Below are positions 1 to 9,128 of a stretch of DNA of 64,000 nucleotides, in pieces. The notes beneath the pieces were generated by a model. That model was not told where the DNA came from and made no database searches. It saw only the letters and a program-made list of their open reading frames with translations. The translations under genes and the position numbers were made by a program. The stretch's first letter is position 1. The number at the start of each line of letters is the position of its first letter. The stretch covers positions 1 to 64,000 of IMG/VR virus record IMGVR_UViG_3300027793_000063. The stretch is one strand, 5' to 3'. Source of the DNA: a virus. Lineage: Duplodnaviria > Caudoviricetes.

Positions 1-1
1 T

Positions 2-697
2 CTCCACGTCCCACAGACGCACGACGACCTGCTTGGGCGGGCCGACCACATCAACTCCATCGGGATTCGGGTCGTCGCCATCGTTCGTCAGATCCCAGTC
101 CACTTCGAGCAGGACGCGCGGACTCTCATCCGGGTCCTGCACCTGGATGACCCAGTCCGGGTTCTCCGCCGGCTTCCCGGTGATGATGTAGTAGAGCCGG
201 TTGACGAAGTGCATACCGTTCACGATGCAGAACTCCCCGTCGTCGTCATCCATCGCCGTCCACACACGGTTCTCTTTGACCGCCTCGTTGAGGGCGCGCA
301 GGTCGTCCGCATCAGTCCAGTCGCGCTGCCGGTAGTAGCCGCCTTCCTCGTTCTCTTCCGGGTGGTAGCGCGCGATGAACTGGTCATCGGTCAGATGCAG
401 CAGCAGCCCGTGCATCGGCTCGGCCGGTCCCAGCCTCATGCGCAGTAGTGCCAGGACGTCGTTGCCGCATGCGTCGATGATCTGGATGTTCACGCCGAAC
501 TCCTCGGCGATGCCGCGGCTCGCCGTCGTGATGTCGATCGCGTCCAGCCGGAGGCTGCTCTTGATGTCGGCTGACAAGTCGATCCGATCGATGTCGTCTT
601 TCCTCCTGATGTTCGCCGCGACGGCGAGGATTTCGCGCAGTTTGTGCGCGCGTGGGTCGGTAGTCATTGTGGTAGTCATTGTGGTTTCAGCGCTCAT
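2..697 (-). CDS. hypothetical protein (runs off window edge) with N-terminal acyl-carrier-protein-like domain
   Basis: Manual translation from ATG 697 (ATGA overlap with the stop at 694): KLREILAV...ADIKSSLRLDAIDITTASRGIAEEFGVNI resembles the ACP pattern LG.DSLD...EEEF..I. Confidence 0.55.
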   Translation of the reverse strand, partial: MSAETTMTTTMTTDPRAHKLREILAVAANIRRKDDIDRIDLSADIKSSLRLDAIDITTASRGIAEEFGVNIQIIDACGNDVLALLRMRLGPAEPMHGLLLHLTDDQFIARYHPEENEEGGYYRQRDWTDADDLRALNEAVKENRVWTAMDDDDGEFCIVNGMHFVNRLYYIITGKPAENPDWVIQVQDPDESPRVLLEVDWDLTNDGDDPNPDGVDVVGPPKQVVVRLWDVE

Positions 698-975
698 GCT
701 CCGTAGGGTGTGATGACCAGAACGCATTCACGCCCGCCGATCAGGACGGTCTCCAGTTTGCTGCCGCACATATTTTCCAGGCTCTCCAACCAGTAGTTCC
801 AGTCGCCGTTGACCGCTTCGTGGACAGCTCCGCGGACGTCTCCTCCTGCAACGACCTCGACAGCCTCCACGTGGAAGCTCTTCCCGGCGATGCTGATTAC
901 GCTCTTCCAGTAATGCGGCACGCACTCCCGCATTTCGAGCTCTTCGTTCCCGATGATGATTGTGGCCGTGTTCAT
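694..975 (-). CDS. hypothetical protein
   Basis: MNTATIIIG..., ATGA-coupled at both ends. Confidence 0.6.
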   Translation of the reverse strand: MNTATIIIGNEELEMRECVPHYWKSVISIAGKSFHVEAVEVVAGGDVRGAVHEAVNGDWNYWLESLENMCGSKLETVLIGGRECVLVITPYGA

Positions 976-1123
976 TCGCCGGCCTCCGACGGCTGCCCAG
1001 TGGACACCGAGGTGATGTTGCGCCACCAGCGGTCAGGCAGCGGCGAGCCCGGGGGCTGCAGCAGCACTCCGGCGCTGCGCGTCGTGATTGACGTGGTCGT
1101 GTTCATTCGCCGGCCTCCGACGG
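967..1123. repeat. 26-bp exact direct repeat (967-992, 1098-1123)
   Basis: cgtgttcattcgccggcctccgacgg twice, 131 bp apart. Confidence 0.9.
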
Positions 1124-1304
1124 TTGCTGCCCAGTCGCAGTAGTTCTGGCACGTCGGGCAGTGCAGAGCTTCAGCAGACGAGCCGTGGTCGTGAGACTCG
1201 TCGCCGTATGGTCCGACGCCGTCTTCGTCGCTGGTTGCGGTCAGGCGCCAGCGTCCGGTGGGTTGTCCGTTTTTTAGGATTTGCAGGGGTTTGATGATAA
1301 ACAT
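972..1304 (-). CDS. hypothetical protein
   Basis: MFIIKPLQ... after an A/C-rich leader; CxxC motif. Confidence 0.55.
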   Translation of the reverse strand: MFIIKPLQILKNGQPTGRWRLTATSDEDGVGPYGDESHDHGSSAEALHCPTCQNYCDWAATVGGRRMNTTTSITTRSAGVLLQPPGSPLPDRWWRNITSVSTGQPSEAGE

Positions 1305-1331
1305 GGTTTTGATTTCTGAGTGTGGTCCCGC

Positions 1332-1463
1332 CGTTGAAGTGTGGAAGTGAGTCGCCCCGCCCCTCCCATGAAATGGGCGACTGCGGCGCACGCCTTTCCA
1401 CCAAGATTTTGTCTTGAGCGTTCGCCGGCGTGAATGCCGGACAACTCACTCCGCACTTCAACG
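1332..1463 (-). ncRNA. candidate structured RNA or inverted-repeat element
   Basis: About 25-bp closing stem (CGTTGAAGTG...CACTTCAACG) enclosing hairpins CAAGA/TCTTG, CCCAT/ATGGG, CCGGC/GCCGG; intergenic. Confidence 0.5.
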
Positions 1464-2078
1464 TCGCACGAAGTCGCAGTCCTTCAACGCGAATTGTTTC
1501 GTCTGACCGTCCTCGGTGTCCACGGCTTCGAGCAGCCACTGGGCCTCCGGGTGCCACTCTGTGCGGCCCCAAAAGATGCGCACCGGACGGATTTCCCGGC
1601 AGCGCTCGACGCCGCGCCAGTTTCGGTAGCGCACCTGCATCTCCGCCCTTGGCGGCGGCGTCGGGCCATTCGCTACAACAGCCCCACTGATGGCGTCCGG
1701 GTATGGCGAGACATCGGCACACACGCAGTCTCCAACAATGCGTTTGTCCTTCTTGTCTGCGGGATCGTCGAGCGCAGCGGCTCCGACGGTTCCCGAATTT
1801 TCAGCGGTGGCGCTTACGACGCACTCCGCGCCGGAAAACAGCGGACTAAAGTGACGCGCTGCTGCGTGTATGACCACATCCCCGAACACCGCGCCGTCGT
1901 TCCCAGAATCGTCCCACAGGGAAAGGTTCCCAAAGTGGACACCACCAAGACGAGAGGTCCCCCTCAAAACAGTCGGCTGTCCGCTGTATTCAGGAAATGT
2001 TCTTTGCAGGTAGTGGACGCAGAAACTAATCAGGCGCGACTGAATCCGCAGTTTAAGGTTGTTCCAGAGTCTTTTCAT
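1458..2078 (-). CDS. protein with C-terminal WYL-like domain
   Basis: VRYRNWRGVERCREIRPVRIFWGRTEWHPEAQWLLEAVDTEDGQTKQFALKD fits the WYL pattern Y...G....R.I.P......W.L.A.D......F. Confidence 0.7.
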   Translation of the reverse strand: MKRLWNNLKLRIQSRLISFCVHYLQRTFPEYSGQPTVLRGTSRLGGVHFGNLSLWDDSGNDGAVFGDVVIHAAARHFSPLFSGAECVVSATAENSGTVGAAALDDPADKKDKRIVGDCVCADVSPYPDAISGAVVANGPTPPPRAEMQVRYRNWRGVERCREIRPVRIFWGRTEWHPEAQWLLEAVDTEDGQTKQFALKDCDFVRR

Positions 2079-2425
2079 TTGGGGCGGTCGACGTTGCGAT
2101 TTAGCGAAGCTGTATCCAGCAGCAAAACATTGCCGGTCGTCGTTGCGTTCCCGCTCATGCTGGAGTTACCCGTTAGTATCAGATCGCCTACCACGGTGCC
2201 AGTCAGGGTAGCGTCACCGCACAGCTTCAAGTTACCAATTAGGACGCCGGACATTTCGCCCCCCATCATAACTGTAGTGGGGCGATGCTTCGGCTTCTTG
2301 CGCAGTTCCGCTAGCACCAGCGCGAGTGTGGACTGTTCCAGGGCCAGGGCAGCTGCACGCCGGCGTTTCCACGCGCGTCGTGCAGCTGTTTGCCTGGGGG
2401 TGGAGACTTTTGATATTCGCTTCAT
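2075..2425 (-). CDS. beta-helix (bactofilin-like) repeat protein
   Basis: Gly-periodic hexapeptides GNLKLC GDATLT GTVVGD LILTGN. Confidence 0.45.
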   Translation of the reverse strand: MKRISKVSTPRQTAARRAWKRRRAAALALEQSTLALVLAELRKKPKHRPTTVMMGGEMSGVLIGNLKLCGDATLTGTVVGDLILTGNSSMSGNATTTGNVLLLDTASLNRNVDRPK

Positions 2426-2440
2426 TGCGTGTTGCTCCTA

Positions 2441-2643
2441 CTACTCGCCATCGGGATACTCCAGCTTGAGCGCGGACAGATTGCTGCGGATGTAGTCGGC
2501 CACAGCATCAGCGCCGACCGGCTCGGCGCGCTTGCCAGCATCCCACCAGAGCCAGTGCGCATACTTCGCGGGATGTCCTGCATGGGCGTGCCGCGATACT
2601 TCCCGAACGGCATCGGGTCCAGATCGCCCAGGGGCTCGCTCAC
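2441..2643 (-). pseudogene. DUF3820-like protein, frameshifted
   Basis: MPFGKYRGTPMQDIP continues in another frame as AKYAHWLWW; apparent 1-bp loss near 2570. Confidence 0.65.
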
Positions 2644-3068
2644 GGCTTGACCTCCGGCGGATCAAACACGTGCGTCCGCGGGTCAAACGCCGGCTCTCCC
2701 TGCGCCAGGGAGTCGCGCAGGACGCCGAGGTTCGTCATTGCGTGCTTCAGCTCAAGCAGGTGCCCCTGCAGTCGGCATTCGAGGTATGGCACCTGGCTCT
2801 GCCATTTGGCCAGGAATCCCCACTGCATCGACTTCGCCAGCTCCAGCGGCAGCAAGCCGTGCAGGTAGAGCAGCATGTCGCTGTGTTCCGTTTCGAGGTG
2901 GAACTGCACGGGCTTCTGCGGCAGATTTATCCAGTCCTCGGTCATGCCGACGCCTTCAATAGCGCAGGGTTTGTGCGGCAGGAACTTGGACACGCGGATT
3001 TGGATCGTGTAACCGGTCATGGTGGCTGCCCCGGTTGAGTTGATTGATCGTTTTTCGATGTCTGACAT
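2640..3068 (-). CDS. hypothetical protein
   Basis: 142-aa ORF in co-directional run. Confidence 0.6.
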   Translation of the reverse strand: MSDIEKRSINSTGAATMTGYTIQIRVSKFLPHKPCAIEGVGMTEDWINLPQKPVQFHLETEHSDMLLYLHGLLPLELAKSMQWGFLAKWQSQVPYLECRLQGHLLELKHAMTNLGVLRDSLAQGEPAFDPRTHVFDPPEVKP

Positions 3069-3083
3069 GATGTTGTGAGTTGG

Positions 3084-3662
3084 TTACTTTTTGTCGTGCA
3101 TGATCAGCAGCTCCCCGTGACGCTCGTATGGCGTCCACTGGTAGTTCTCCGGCAGCTTGCCGCTCAGCTTCGTCAGCGCCCCGTACCACGTCTCGCCGAT
3201 GTCCGTGTGCGCCCGCAGCGCCCGGTAGAACGTCGGCAGGCCGGCGCGGTAGCCACGCCACACCCTGGTCGGATGCCAGAAGCCGGCGCTGCCGCGTCGC
3301 AGGATGGGGCCCAGGCACTCCAGCAGCTCCTCATGCGTCAGGTCGTTGCCCTTGTTGTCGTCGCCCCAGATGAACAGCCGCTCCGGGTAGAACGTGGAGG
3401 ACTCGTTGTCGCGACCGATCAGCGGCCGCCCGTTGCGCATCCCTTCCGAGAGGAACGCGTAGTGATGCTCCTTGGCGTCGTCGTCGACCCGCCACCCGTA
3501 GGGCGTGGCGATGCCGGCCGCGATGCGATCGGGCCTGCCCTTGATGGGGAACACGTGGTCGCCCTGGGATGTCGTCACGCCTTCGGTCGGCATGTCCGGC
3601 GACAGGTTGTACATGGACTGCATGAAGCCCCACATGGCTCCGCTGAGATGAATTGCTTTCAT
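3084..3662 (-). CDS. hypothetical protein
   Basis: 192-aa ORF, ATGA overlap. Confidence 0.65.
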   Translation of the reverse strand: MKAIHLSGAMWGFMQSMYNLSPDMPTEGVTTSQGDHVFPIKGRPDRIAAGIATPYGWRVDDDAKEHHYAFLSEGMRNGRPLIGRDNESSTFYPERLFIWGDDNKGNDLTHEELLECLGPILRRGSAGFWHPTRVWRGYRAGLPTFYRALRAHTDIGETWYGALTKLSGKLPENYQWTPYERHGELLIMHDKK

Positions 3663-4558
3663 TGCTGTGCTGTTGGGTTGTCGAGTTCGCGTTCACGTTT
3701 GCGCAAGATCTTCCGCAACTTGAGAAACGCTTCGTTTTGGATCTGCCTGGTGCGCTCCCGTGTGAGGCCAACCTTTGTCCCAACCTCATCGAGCGAGAAT
3801 CCATCAGCACGCATCCGTATTATGAGACGTGCGCGCGCGTCGAGTTCGGACAGGCTCTCCTCCAGCAATTCCAGCGCTACAGGCTCCCGATACTCCTCCG
3901 CTGCTACGTCTCTGGCGGCGCGCAGCGGGCGGGCGAATGTGAGCGGTTCTTCCGGGAGTTCGCCTGACACGATGCGTGTATGAGTTCTGATGCGTTCCTG
4001 AGCGCGGTCTGGGGTCAGTCGTCCATCGGGACAGCATTCGCGACAGATGAACATACCAACACGCTGGCTCTTTCCGCCGCTCTGGCCCTTGCTGCGGGGT
4101 CCGTGGATGATGACTCCGTTCTTGACCGGCATTCCAGTCGCGCGCACCTCGCAATAAGCGCACTTGCGACCACTATTTGCTGGAGGCCTGCCTTCAGCGA
4201 TGCGCTTTTCGCGGCGTCTTGCGGCTGCAGCCCGGCCGCGCTCGGACTGGTTGTATAGACGCGTGTGCTCGGGGTTTCGTTTACCGTTGATCCTGGAAGG
4301 TACGCCGTATTTCAACTGTTGGCGCATTCCCGCATTTGGATACTTCTTGCAGTAATACCAGCGCTGATATGCGGGATTCCGCCTGCCGTCGACCATGCAG
4401 GGAGGAGCACCTTCGGCGCGTGGCTTGCGAGGTTCGACTCCGAGGACATTACGAGCATACCAGACATGGTAGGCTGGATTACTGCGCCCATCTGGAAGCC
4501 TGCTTTTCGGTTTCTCGTTAGCTGCGTTCGTGCTCATGTCTGACGTTGATGTGATCAT
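3659..4558 (-). CDS. DNA-binding protein with C-terminal sigma70 region-4 HTH, Zn finger and N-terminal repeats
   Basis: LDARARLIIRMR..GFSLDEVGTKVGLTRERTRQIQNEAFLKLR; CAYC/CREC; three (D/N)G..NP repeats. Confidence 0.75.
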   Translation of the reverse strand: MITSTSDMSTNAANEKPKSRLPDGRSNPAYHVWYARNVLGVEPRKPRAEGAPPCMVDGRRNPAYQRWYYCKKYPNAGMRQQLKYGVPSRINGKRNPEHTRLYNQSERGRAAAARRREKRIAEGRPPANSGRKCAYCEVRATGMPVKNGVIIHGPRSKGQSGGKSQRVGMFICRECCPDGRLTPDRAQERIRTHTRIVSGELPEEPLTFARPLRAARDVAAEEYREPVALELLEESLSELDARARLIIRMRADGFSLDEVGTKVGLTRERTRQIQNEAFLKLRKILRKRERELDNPTAQQ

Positions 4559-4596
4559 TTGAGTTCGCGTTCGCGTTTGTTGATTCTCCTCGCTGC

Positions 4597-5109
4597 TTAC
4601 TCCGTGGCCGTGCCGTCAGCGATGCGCTGCAGCCGTCGGCTCATTAGGACGATCAGCTGATCGAACCCTTGGCACACGTCCGTCGCCTTCCGCTTGTGAA
4701 ACGGGTTGCGCGCCTTCGGATCCTCACAGAAGTCCGCCCGGATGATGGTCTCCCTGTCGTAAGCAGGGCCAAAGTCCATGTGCCAGCTCACCACGAACGT
4801 GTCCGGCTGCCAGGACTTCCCGTCGAATTCGAGCGTCGCGGACAAGCCTGTCGGGCCGGTGATACGGATCTCCGCGCATCGGTTCAGCTCACGCTCGATC
4901 GTGTAGGGCACCTTCAGCTCGTCGCACAGCTTGATCATGAGATCGAGCATCCGCTTGCGATCCGCTTTGCGGCGCTCCGACAGCTCCCAGTAGGGCAGCG
5001 GCTCGCCGCGGTGCAGTGGGCCGCAATGTTCGCAGGCAGCGGCACCGTCTGATTTTATGGTCAAGAAGCCCTCGCAGGTCGGGCACGGAATGATGTGGTC
5101 AGTATTCAT
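4597..5109 (-). CDS. hypothetical protein, N-terminal Zn ribbon
   Basis: CPTC...CEHC. Confidence 0.6.
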   Translation of the reverse strand: MNTDHIIPCPTCEGFLTIKSDGAAACEHCGPLHRGEPLPYWELSERRKADRKRMLDLMIKLCDELKVPYTIERELNRCAEIRITGPTGLSATLEFDGKSWQPDTFVVSWHMDFGPAYDRETIIRADFCEDPKARNPFHKRKATDVCQGFDQLIVLMSRRLQRIADGTATE

Positions 5110-5335
5110 GGTTGAGATAGGCGTCCTCGCGGTCGCCGTCGATGTAATCCCGGCACGTCGGGCATGTGACCTCGGTGCGCAGGTTGGTCCAGAGCAGGTT
5201 CCACGTGCGTTTGTTGCACAGCGGTCGCCCGCCTTTCCTCGGGTCGCGTTGATCGACGCCGATGCGCAGATGCACGACCTCCTGCTCTTTCCCGTTGGGG
5301 AACGGTCCGTCTGGGTTTCCGCGACTTGTAATCAT
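5099..5335 (-). CDS. hypothetical protein
   Basis: ATGA-coupled; VHL...C...VTCPTC. Confidence 0.55.
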   Translation of the reverse strand: MITSRGNPDGPFPNGKEQEVVHLRIGVDQRDPRKGGRPLCNKRTWNLLWTNLRTEVTCPTCRDYIDGDREDAYLNHEY

Positions 5336-5580
5336 AGGATTGGTCTGAACGAGATTTCGCCATCTACGAACTCGAACGCTTCCGCGGTCCACGCGAACGA
5401 CACGTAGCCCACCGGATAGAGGGCCGTCGCGCTTTGAATGACGATCCCCTCGATGAAGCGGTTTTCAGGGCGTCCGGCTGGGATGCCCATGATGACGATC
5501 GGATCCCTGGTGCCATGCAGAAAGCTCGCCCACATCGCCCCATCCCTGCCGCGCCAATTCGCGTATTCCTGATCGGTCAT
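5332..5580 (-). CDS. hypothetical protein
   Basis: ATGA-coupled ORF. Confidence 0.55.
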   Translation of the reverse strand: MTDQEYANWRGRDGAMWASFLHGTRDPIVIMGIPAGRPENRFIEGIVIQSATALYPVGYVSFAWTAEAFEFVDGEISFRPIL

Positions 5581-5819
5581 ACCGCCTCCTCCTCTTTCTG
5601 GATGCGCAGCCGCCCGAGGATGTCCTCGGCGGTCCAGCCGTTCGTCAGCAGGTATTCCACCTGCGCCGGCTGGCCGTTGTTGTTGACGGCGGACGCCTGC
5701 TCCGAGGCGCAGTCATGTATCAGCGCGTCCAGCGATTCGCCGGGATGCTGGGCATTGACGACCTCCAGCAGGGCGCTGACCCGCTCGGCAGCGCGCTTCG
5801 CTACGTCAGGGTCCTTCAC
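5577..5819 (-). CDS. hypothetical protein
   Basis: GTGA-coupled ORF. Confidence 0.6.
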   Translation of the reverse strand: MKDPDVAKRAAERVSALLEVVNAQHPGESLDALIHDCASEQASAVNNNGQPAQVEYLLTNGWTAEDILGRLRIQKEEEAV

Positions 5820-6547
5820 GCTTGTGCCTCCCCGTCGGTGGTGGAAGACCGACTGCGCCACCGGTCGATCTGCAGACGCAGATCGGTGCGCTCTCGCAAT
5901 ACCGCGTCCAGCGCGACACTCATCTCCGCGAGTTCCCGCTTCGCCGCGTCGCGCTCGATGCGCAGCGCGTTATCCGCGATCCTGAATTTGTCGCACGCGC
6001 TGCCAAGGACGACGAGTTCGGCGCGGGCTTTGGCGAGGTCGGCTTTGAATGCGTCGCGCTCCTTCCTCAGTTCGTCGACCGCGGCGCTGAGCGTATCCAG
6101 CGCGACATTATTTTTGCGCTGGTTTTCCTCGAGGTCGATACGCCTGGACGTTTCCAACGCGCTCTGCCGTGTGTCTTGCGCTTCCTTGCACGCCGCGACG
6201 AAGGCGTCCAGATACGCCTGGTCTCTCTGTATGCTCTTCGCGGTCTCTTCCTGCACCTCCGGAGTATCGCCGGCGTCGGGCTTCAGGCTCGTATACCTTG
6301 CGAAGATTTCCGAAGCCCACTCGACGAACTCGCGCAGTGCCTGTGGTGTGACGTCGGCGCCGAGGAAGCTGGCACTATGCATCAGCTTCACGGTCGTCAT
6401 CCATGCAGCATGTGCTGCTCCGCCGTCTGCCACCGTCTGGCCATTGTAGTGGAGGCCCTGCTTGTCAACGCGGAGCATTTCCCCGCCTGCAACCATGAAC
6501 CGGATGCTATCTTCTGGTGTGCCCGTGATGGTTGGATTTTCATTCAT
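5816..6547 (-). CDS. coiled-coil protein
   Basis: Heptad-rich C-terminal half. Confidence 0.6.
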   Translation of the reverse strand: MNENPTITGTPEDSIRFMVAGGEMLRVDKQGLHYNGQTVADGGAAHAAWMTTVKLMHSASFLGADVTPQALREFVEWASEIFARYTSLKPDAGDTPEVQEETAKSIQRDQAYLDAFVAACKEAQDTRQSALETSRRIDLEENQRKNNVALDTLSAAVDELRKERDAFKADLAKARAELVVLGSACDKFRIADNALRIERDAAKRELAEMSVALDAVLRERTDLRLQIDRWRSRSSTTDGEAQA

Positions 6548-6567
6548 TGGAGTTTTTATTGTCGTTT

Positions 6568-8517
6568 TTATTGTCGTTTTTCCCACGCGTCCAGGTCGAC
6601 AGCCGACCTGACCACATCCCCGAACCACTGGTCGTCCCCCACGCCGATCCCGTGCTCTTTCGCGAGGTAGGCACGGACACGCTCCAGCGTGACGGGATGT
6701 TCAGAGACCAGCTCTTCGATCCGCCCCGCCTTGCCGTCCTTGTGTATGGACACCATCTTGTGATTCGCATCCTCATCGGCGGACAGCTGGAAGCTGCGCA
6801 GCTCGATGCGGTTGTCGTCGTAGCCGCTGCCTTTGCGCCCGTCGTGGCGCAAAGTCCAGACCACGTCTTCGTTGCGCGCAACCCAATCGATATCGTCGAT
6901 CACAGCGTTCACCCTGTAACGCAGCGCTCGCTTGATCTGCCCGCAGAACTCGAACAGCCAGACCGTCGCATCACGGAGGAATTCGCGCTCCTGGTCCTCT
7001 ATACTGTCCCCGTCGCCTTCGGTGTAGGCTTCGAACAATTCCGCTGTCAGCGTTCTTGCGACGTCGGCGATGCGATCAGGTTCGGTCTTGATGGTCGCGC
7101 GCAGATAGACGCTGTTCTCATCCATAGCAGAACTCCACGAAGAAAACTTCGTGTCGCCCAGCACAATCACGTCCGGATTGATCGTGATTGTGCGCGCGTC
7201 ACTCAGGTGCATGGCCACCTCGATGTTGTCCGCAAACTGATGCTGCGCCTTGCCCAACTGGTCGCTCAAATCCTCCTGCGCAATCTCCTTCCCGTCGATC
7301 TTCACGACCGCCCCCAGCAGCAGCGGAATGCTGTCATACCACGCGTAGCCGCGCATCTCGGCTCTCGTGCGGTAGGCGTTGATGTGCGCGTCTGGGTCTA
7401 CGGTCGCGTTGTGTTCGCCGATGAGATACTTCAAGAAGGCCCACGCGCCCGTCGCCGGGTCGATCAGCACGCGCGTATGCTCCCGACCGGTGTAATCCGC
7501 GTCGCCGTATGCCGCCAGGTTGAAGCCGGCTTCCGCGATGACCAGTCCGAACCGTTCCTTAGCGCGACGGTAGAGCGCGTATGGAAGGTCGTGCGTATCT
7601 CTGGGGTCGACCGTCTGCCGCATGATCAGCCACTGATAGATCGTGCGCTCGATCTCCTCCAGCAGCGCGGCGCGTCCGCTGTTGTGCTTCACCGCGTTGC
7701 GGGCCGGCAGCACCAGCTGAAGCACACGCGTGTGGAGCACGTCAACCTGCACCTCGACGTGACAGTGGCGCAGCCTGGGGATGATCTCGCCGAGATCTGC
7801 ACTGCCCCAGGTGATGGAGACGCCGCGAAAATTCAGCGTAACCCGCGCGTGATCGTCATACTGGTAGGAGACGCGATGCCGCGCCCCTATGCGCACACCA
7901 AGCTCCGGAACTTCCCGGACGGGCATCTGAGTGTCGTGCAGGAAGTCCTTGGGCTCGATCACAGTCGCGAGTCCATCGTCGATCTGCACGCTGACCTCCT
8001 GGATCCCGCAGAACTGTGCGGCTTCCATCAGCGCTGCGCGCAGGTTGACTACCTTCTGCGACTCCCACGCGAACTCCACAGAGAAGCCATCCAGATGCTC
8101 GATTTTCAACTGCTCGACGCCCACCTCGCCGCGGAACGCCGCCGGTGTGAATTCGGCCGTCCAGTCGCAGGAGTTCACCCAGACGCTCGGGATGTTCGAC
8201 AGGCAGAAGAAGCCCATACCAGCCGGGTCTTCCTCGTGCTCGACTTCGTCGCTCCATCCTCGGCCCGCCAGGCGCAGCAACGGCGCAGGACTCTCCAGGC
8301 CCTTGCCGTTGTCCGCGCATACGACGCAGGCGGCGCATCCGTCCTCCCCCTCCGTCAGATGCACGGTGACACGGGTGGCCCCGGCGCGGCGGGCGTTCTG
8401 CAGCAGTTCGACCCATACGGTGGTCGGGGACGCGTCGAATACGCGGTCGACTTTCTGCAAGAACCTCGGATCGACAGAGGCCCAGTGGATATTAGTTGGT
8501 GGTGGTGTAGTTGGCAT
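6568..8517 (-). CDS. GHKL (HATPase_c-like) ATP-binding protein
   Basis: ELLQNARRAGA (N box), DNGKGL (G1), DPAGMGFF (G2). Confidence 0.8.
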   Translation of the reverse strand: MPTTPPPTNIHWASVDPRFLQKVDRVFDASPTTVWVELLQNARRAGATRVTVHLTEGEDGCAACVVCADNGKGLESPAPLLRLAGRGWSDEVEHEEDPAGMGFFCLSNIPSVWVNSCDWTAEFTPAAFRGEVGVEQLKIEHLDGFSVEFAWESQKVVNLRAALMEAAQFCGIQEVSVQIDDGLATVIEPKDFLHDTQMPVREVPELGVRIGARHRVSYQYDDHARVTLNFRGVSITWGSADLGEIIPRLRHCHVEVQVDVLHTRVLQLVLPARNAVKHNSGRAALLEEIERTIYQWLIMRQTVDPRDTHDLPYALYRRAKERFGLVIAEAGFNLAAYGDADYTGREHTRVLIDPATGAWAFLKYLIGEHNATVDPDAHINAYRTRAEMRGYAWYDSIPLLLGAVVKIDGKEIAQEDLSDQLGKAQHQFADNIEVAMHLSDARTITINPDVIVLGDTKFSSWSSAMDENSVYLRATIKTEPDRIADVARTLTAELFEAYTEGDGDSIEDQEREFLRDATVWLFEFCGQIKRALRYRVNAVIDDIDWVARNEDVVWTLRHDGRKGSGYDDNRIELRSFQLSADEDANHKMVSIHKDGKAGRIEELVSEHPVTLERVRAYLAKEHGIGVGDDQWFGDVVRSAVDLDAWEKRQ

Positions 8518-8845
8518 TTGTGAAGTGGTTGAGTAGTCGTTCCGCTTTGAGCCGCCATCGAATGGCGGCTTTGATACAGGCAAGCATCGACGGGAAGTTG
8601 TCCGGGTTGAAGCGCTTCGTGATCTGGTTCCTGCAGCATCCGCGCCGTCCACGACCGCCGATGTAGGCCATCACCACGACGCCGGCGAGTCGCTTCCCGT
8701 GCGCGCTGTTGACCACCAGCGCAACGCCCGTGGGCAGTTCGATGTCCACGACGGTCCTGCCGTCCCAGACTTTCGCACGGCGGATTTTCTTCGTCGGAGA
8801 TTGCTTCGGCTTAGGCCGGTTGCAGTTCGCGTTGTGCCGGGGCAT
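8492..8845 (-). CDS. AP2-like DNA-binding protein
   Basis: LPTGV...KRF.......AAIRWR pattern. Confidence 0.4.
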   Translation of the reverse strand: MPRHNANCNRPKPKQSPTKKIRRAKVWDGRTVVDIELPTGVALVVNSAHGKRLAGVVVMAYIGGRGRRGCCRNQITKRFNPDNFPSMLACIKAAIRWRLKAERLLNHFTNANYTTTN

Positions 8846-9128
8846 ATGCGTCGATTTCTTCTTCCTCCTCCAGCGTCTCCAGCGGCGCGAATCGTTCCTG
8901 CTTGAACGCCAGTTCCTCCCCGCCCTTGTGAGTCGGGTCGACGTCGTTCTTCAGCTCTTCGAGCAGCAACGCGACGGTCGCAGAATCTGAGCCCCGGATC
9001 GTCTCGCGCCGCAGACACACCTCCCGGATGGTGTAGATGTTGCCCTTCTTCGGAAGCTGCCTGAAGACTTTGACGAACATCGGAGTGAAGTCGTCGTTGA
9101 TGCAAACTACCTTGTCGCCTTTGTTCAT
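8811..9128 (-). CDS. hypothetical protein
   Basis: MNKGDKVVCIND...KKGNIYTIREV. Confidence 0.65.
   Translation of the reverse strand: MNKGDKVVCINDDFTPMFVKVFRQLPKKGNIYTIREVCLRRETIRGSDSATVALLLEELKNDVDPTHKGGEELAFKQERFAPLETLEEEEEIDAYAPAQRELQPA

Noticed and set aside
1332-1463. Sixth attC site or a tRNA
   Set aside because: GTT/AAC ends are in the opposite order and there are no L boxes; no T-loop or anticodon geometry.
6532-8523. Long plus-strand ORFs (also 27487-28695, 31256-33442, 55732-56958)
   Set aside because: Antisense shadows of motif-bearing minus-strand genes, expected at high GC3.
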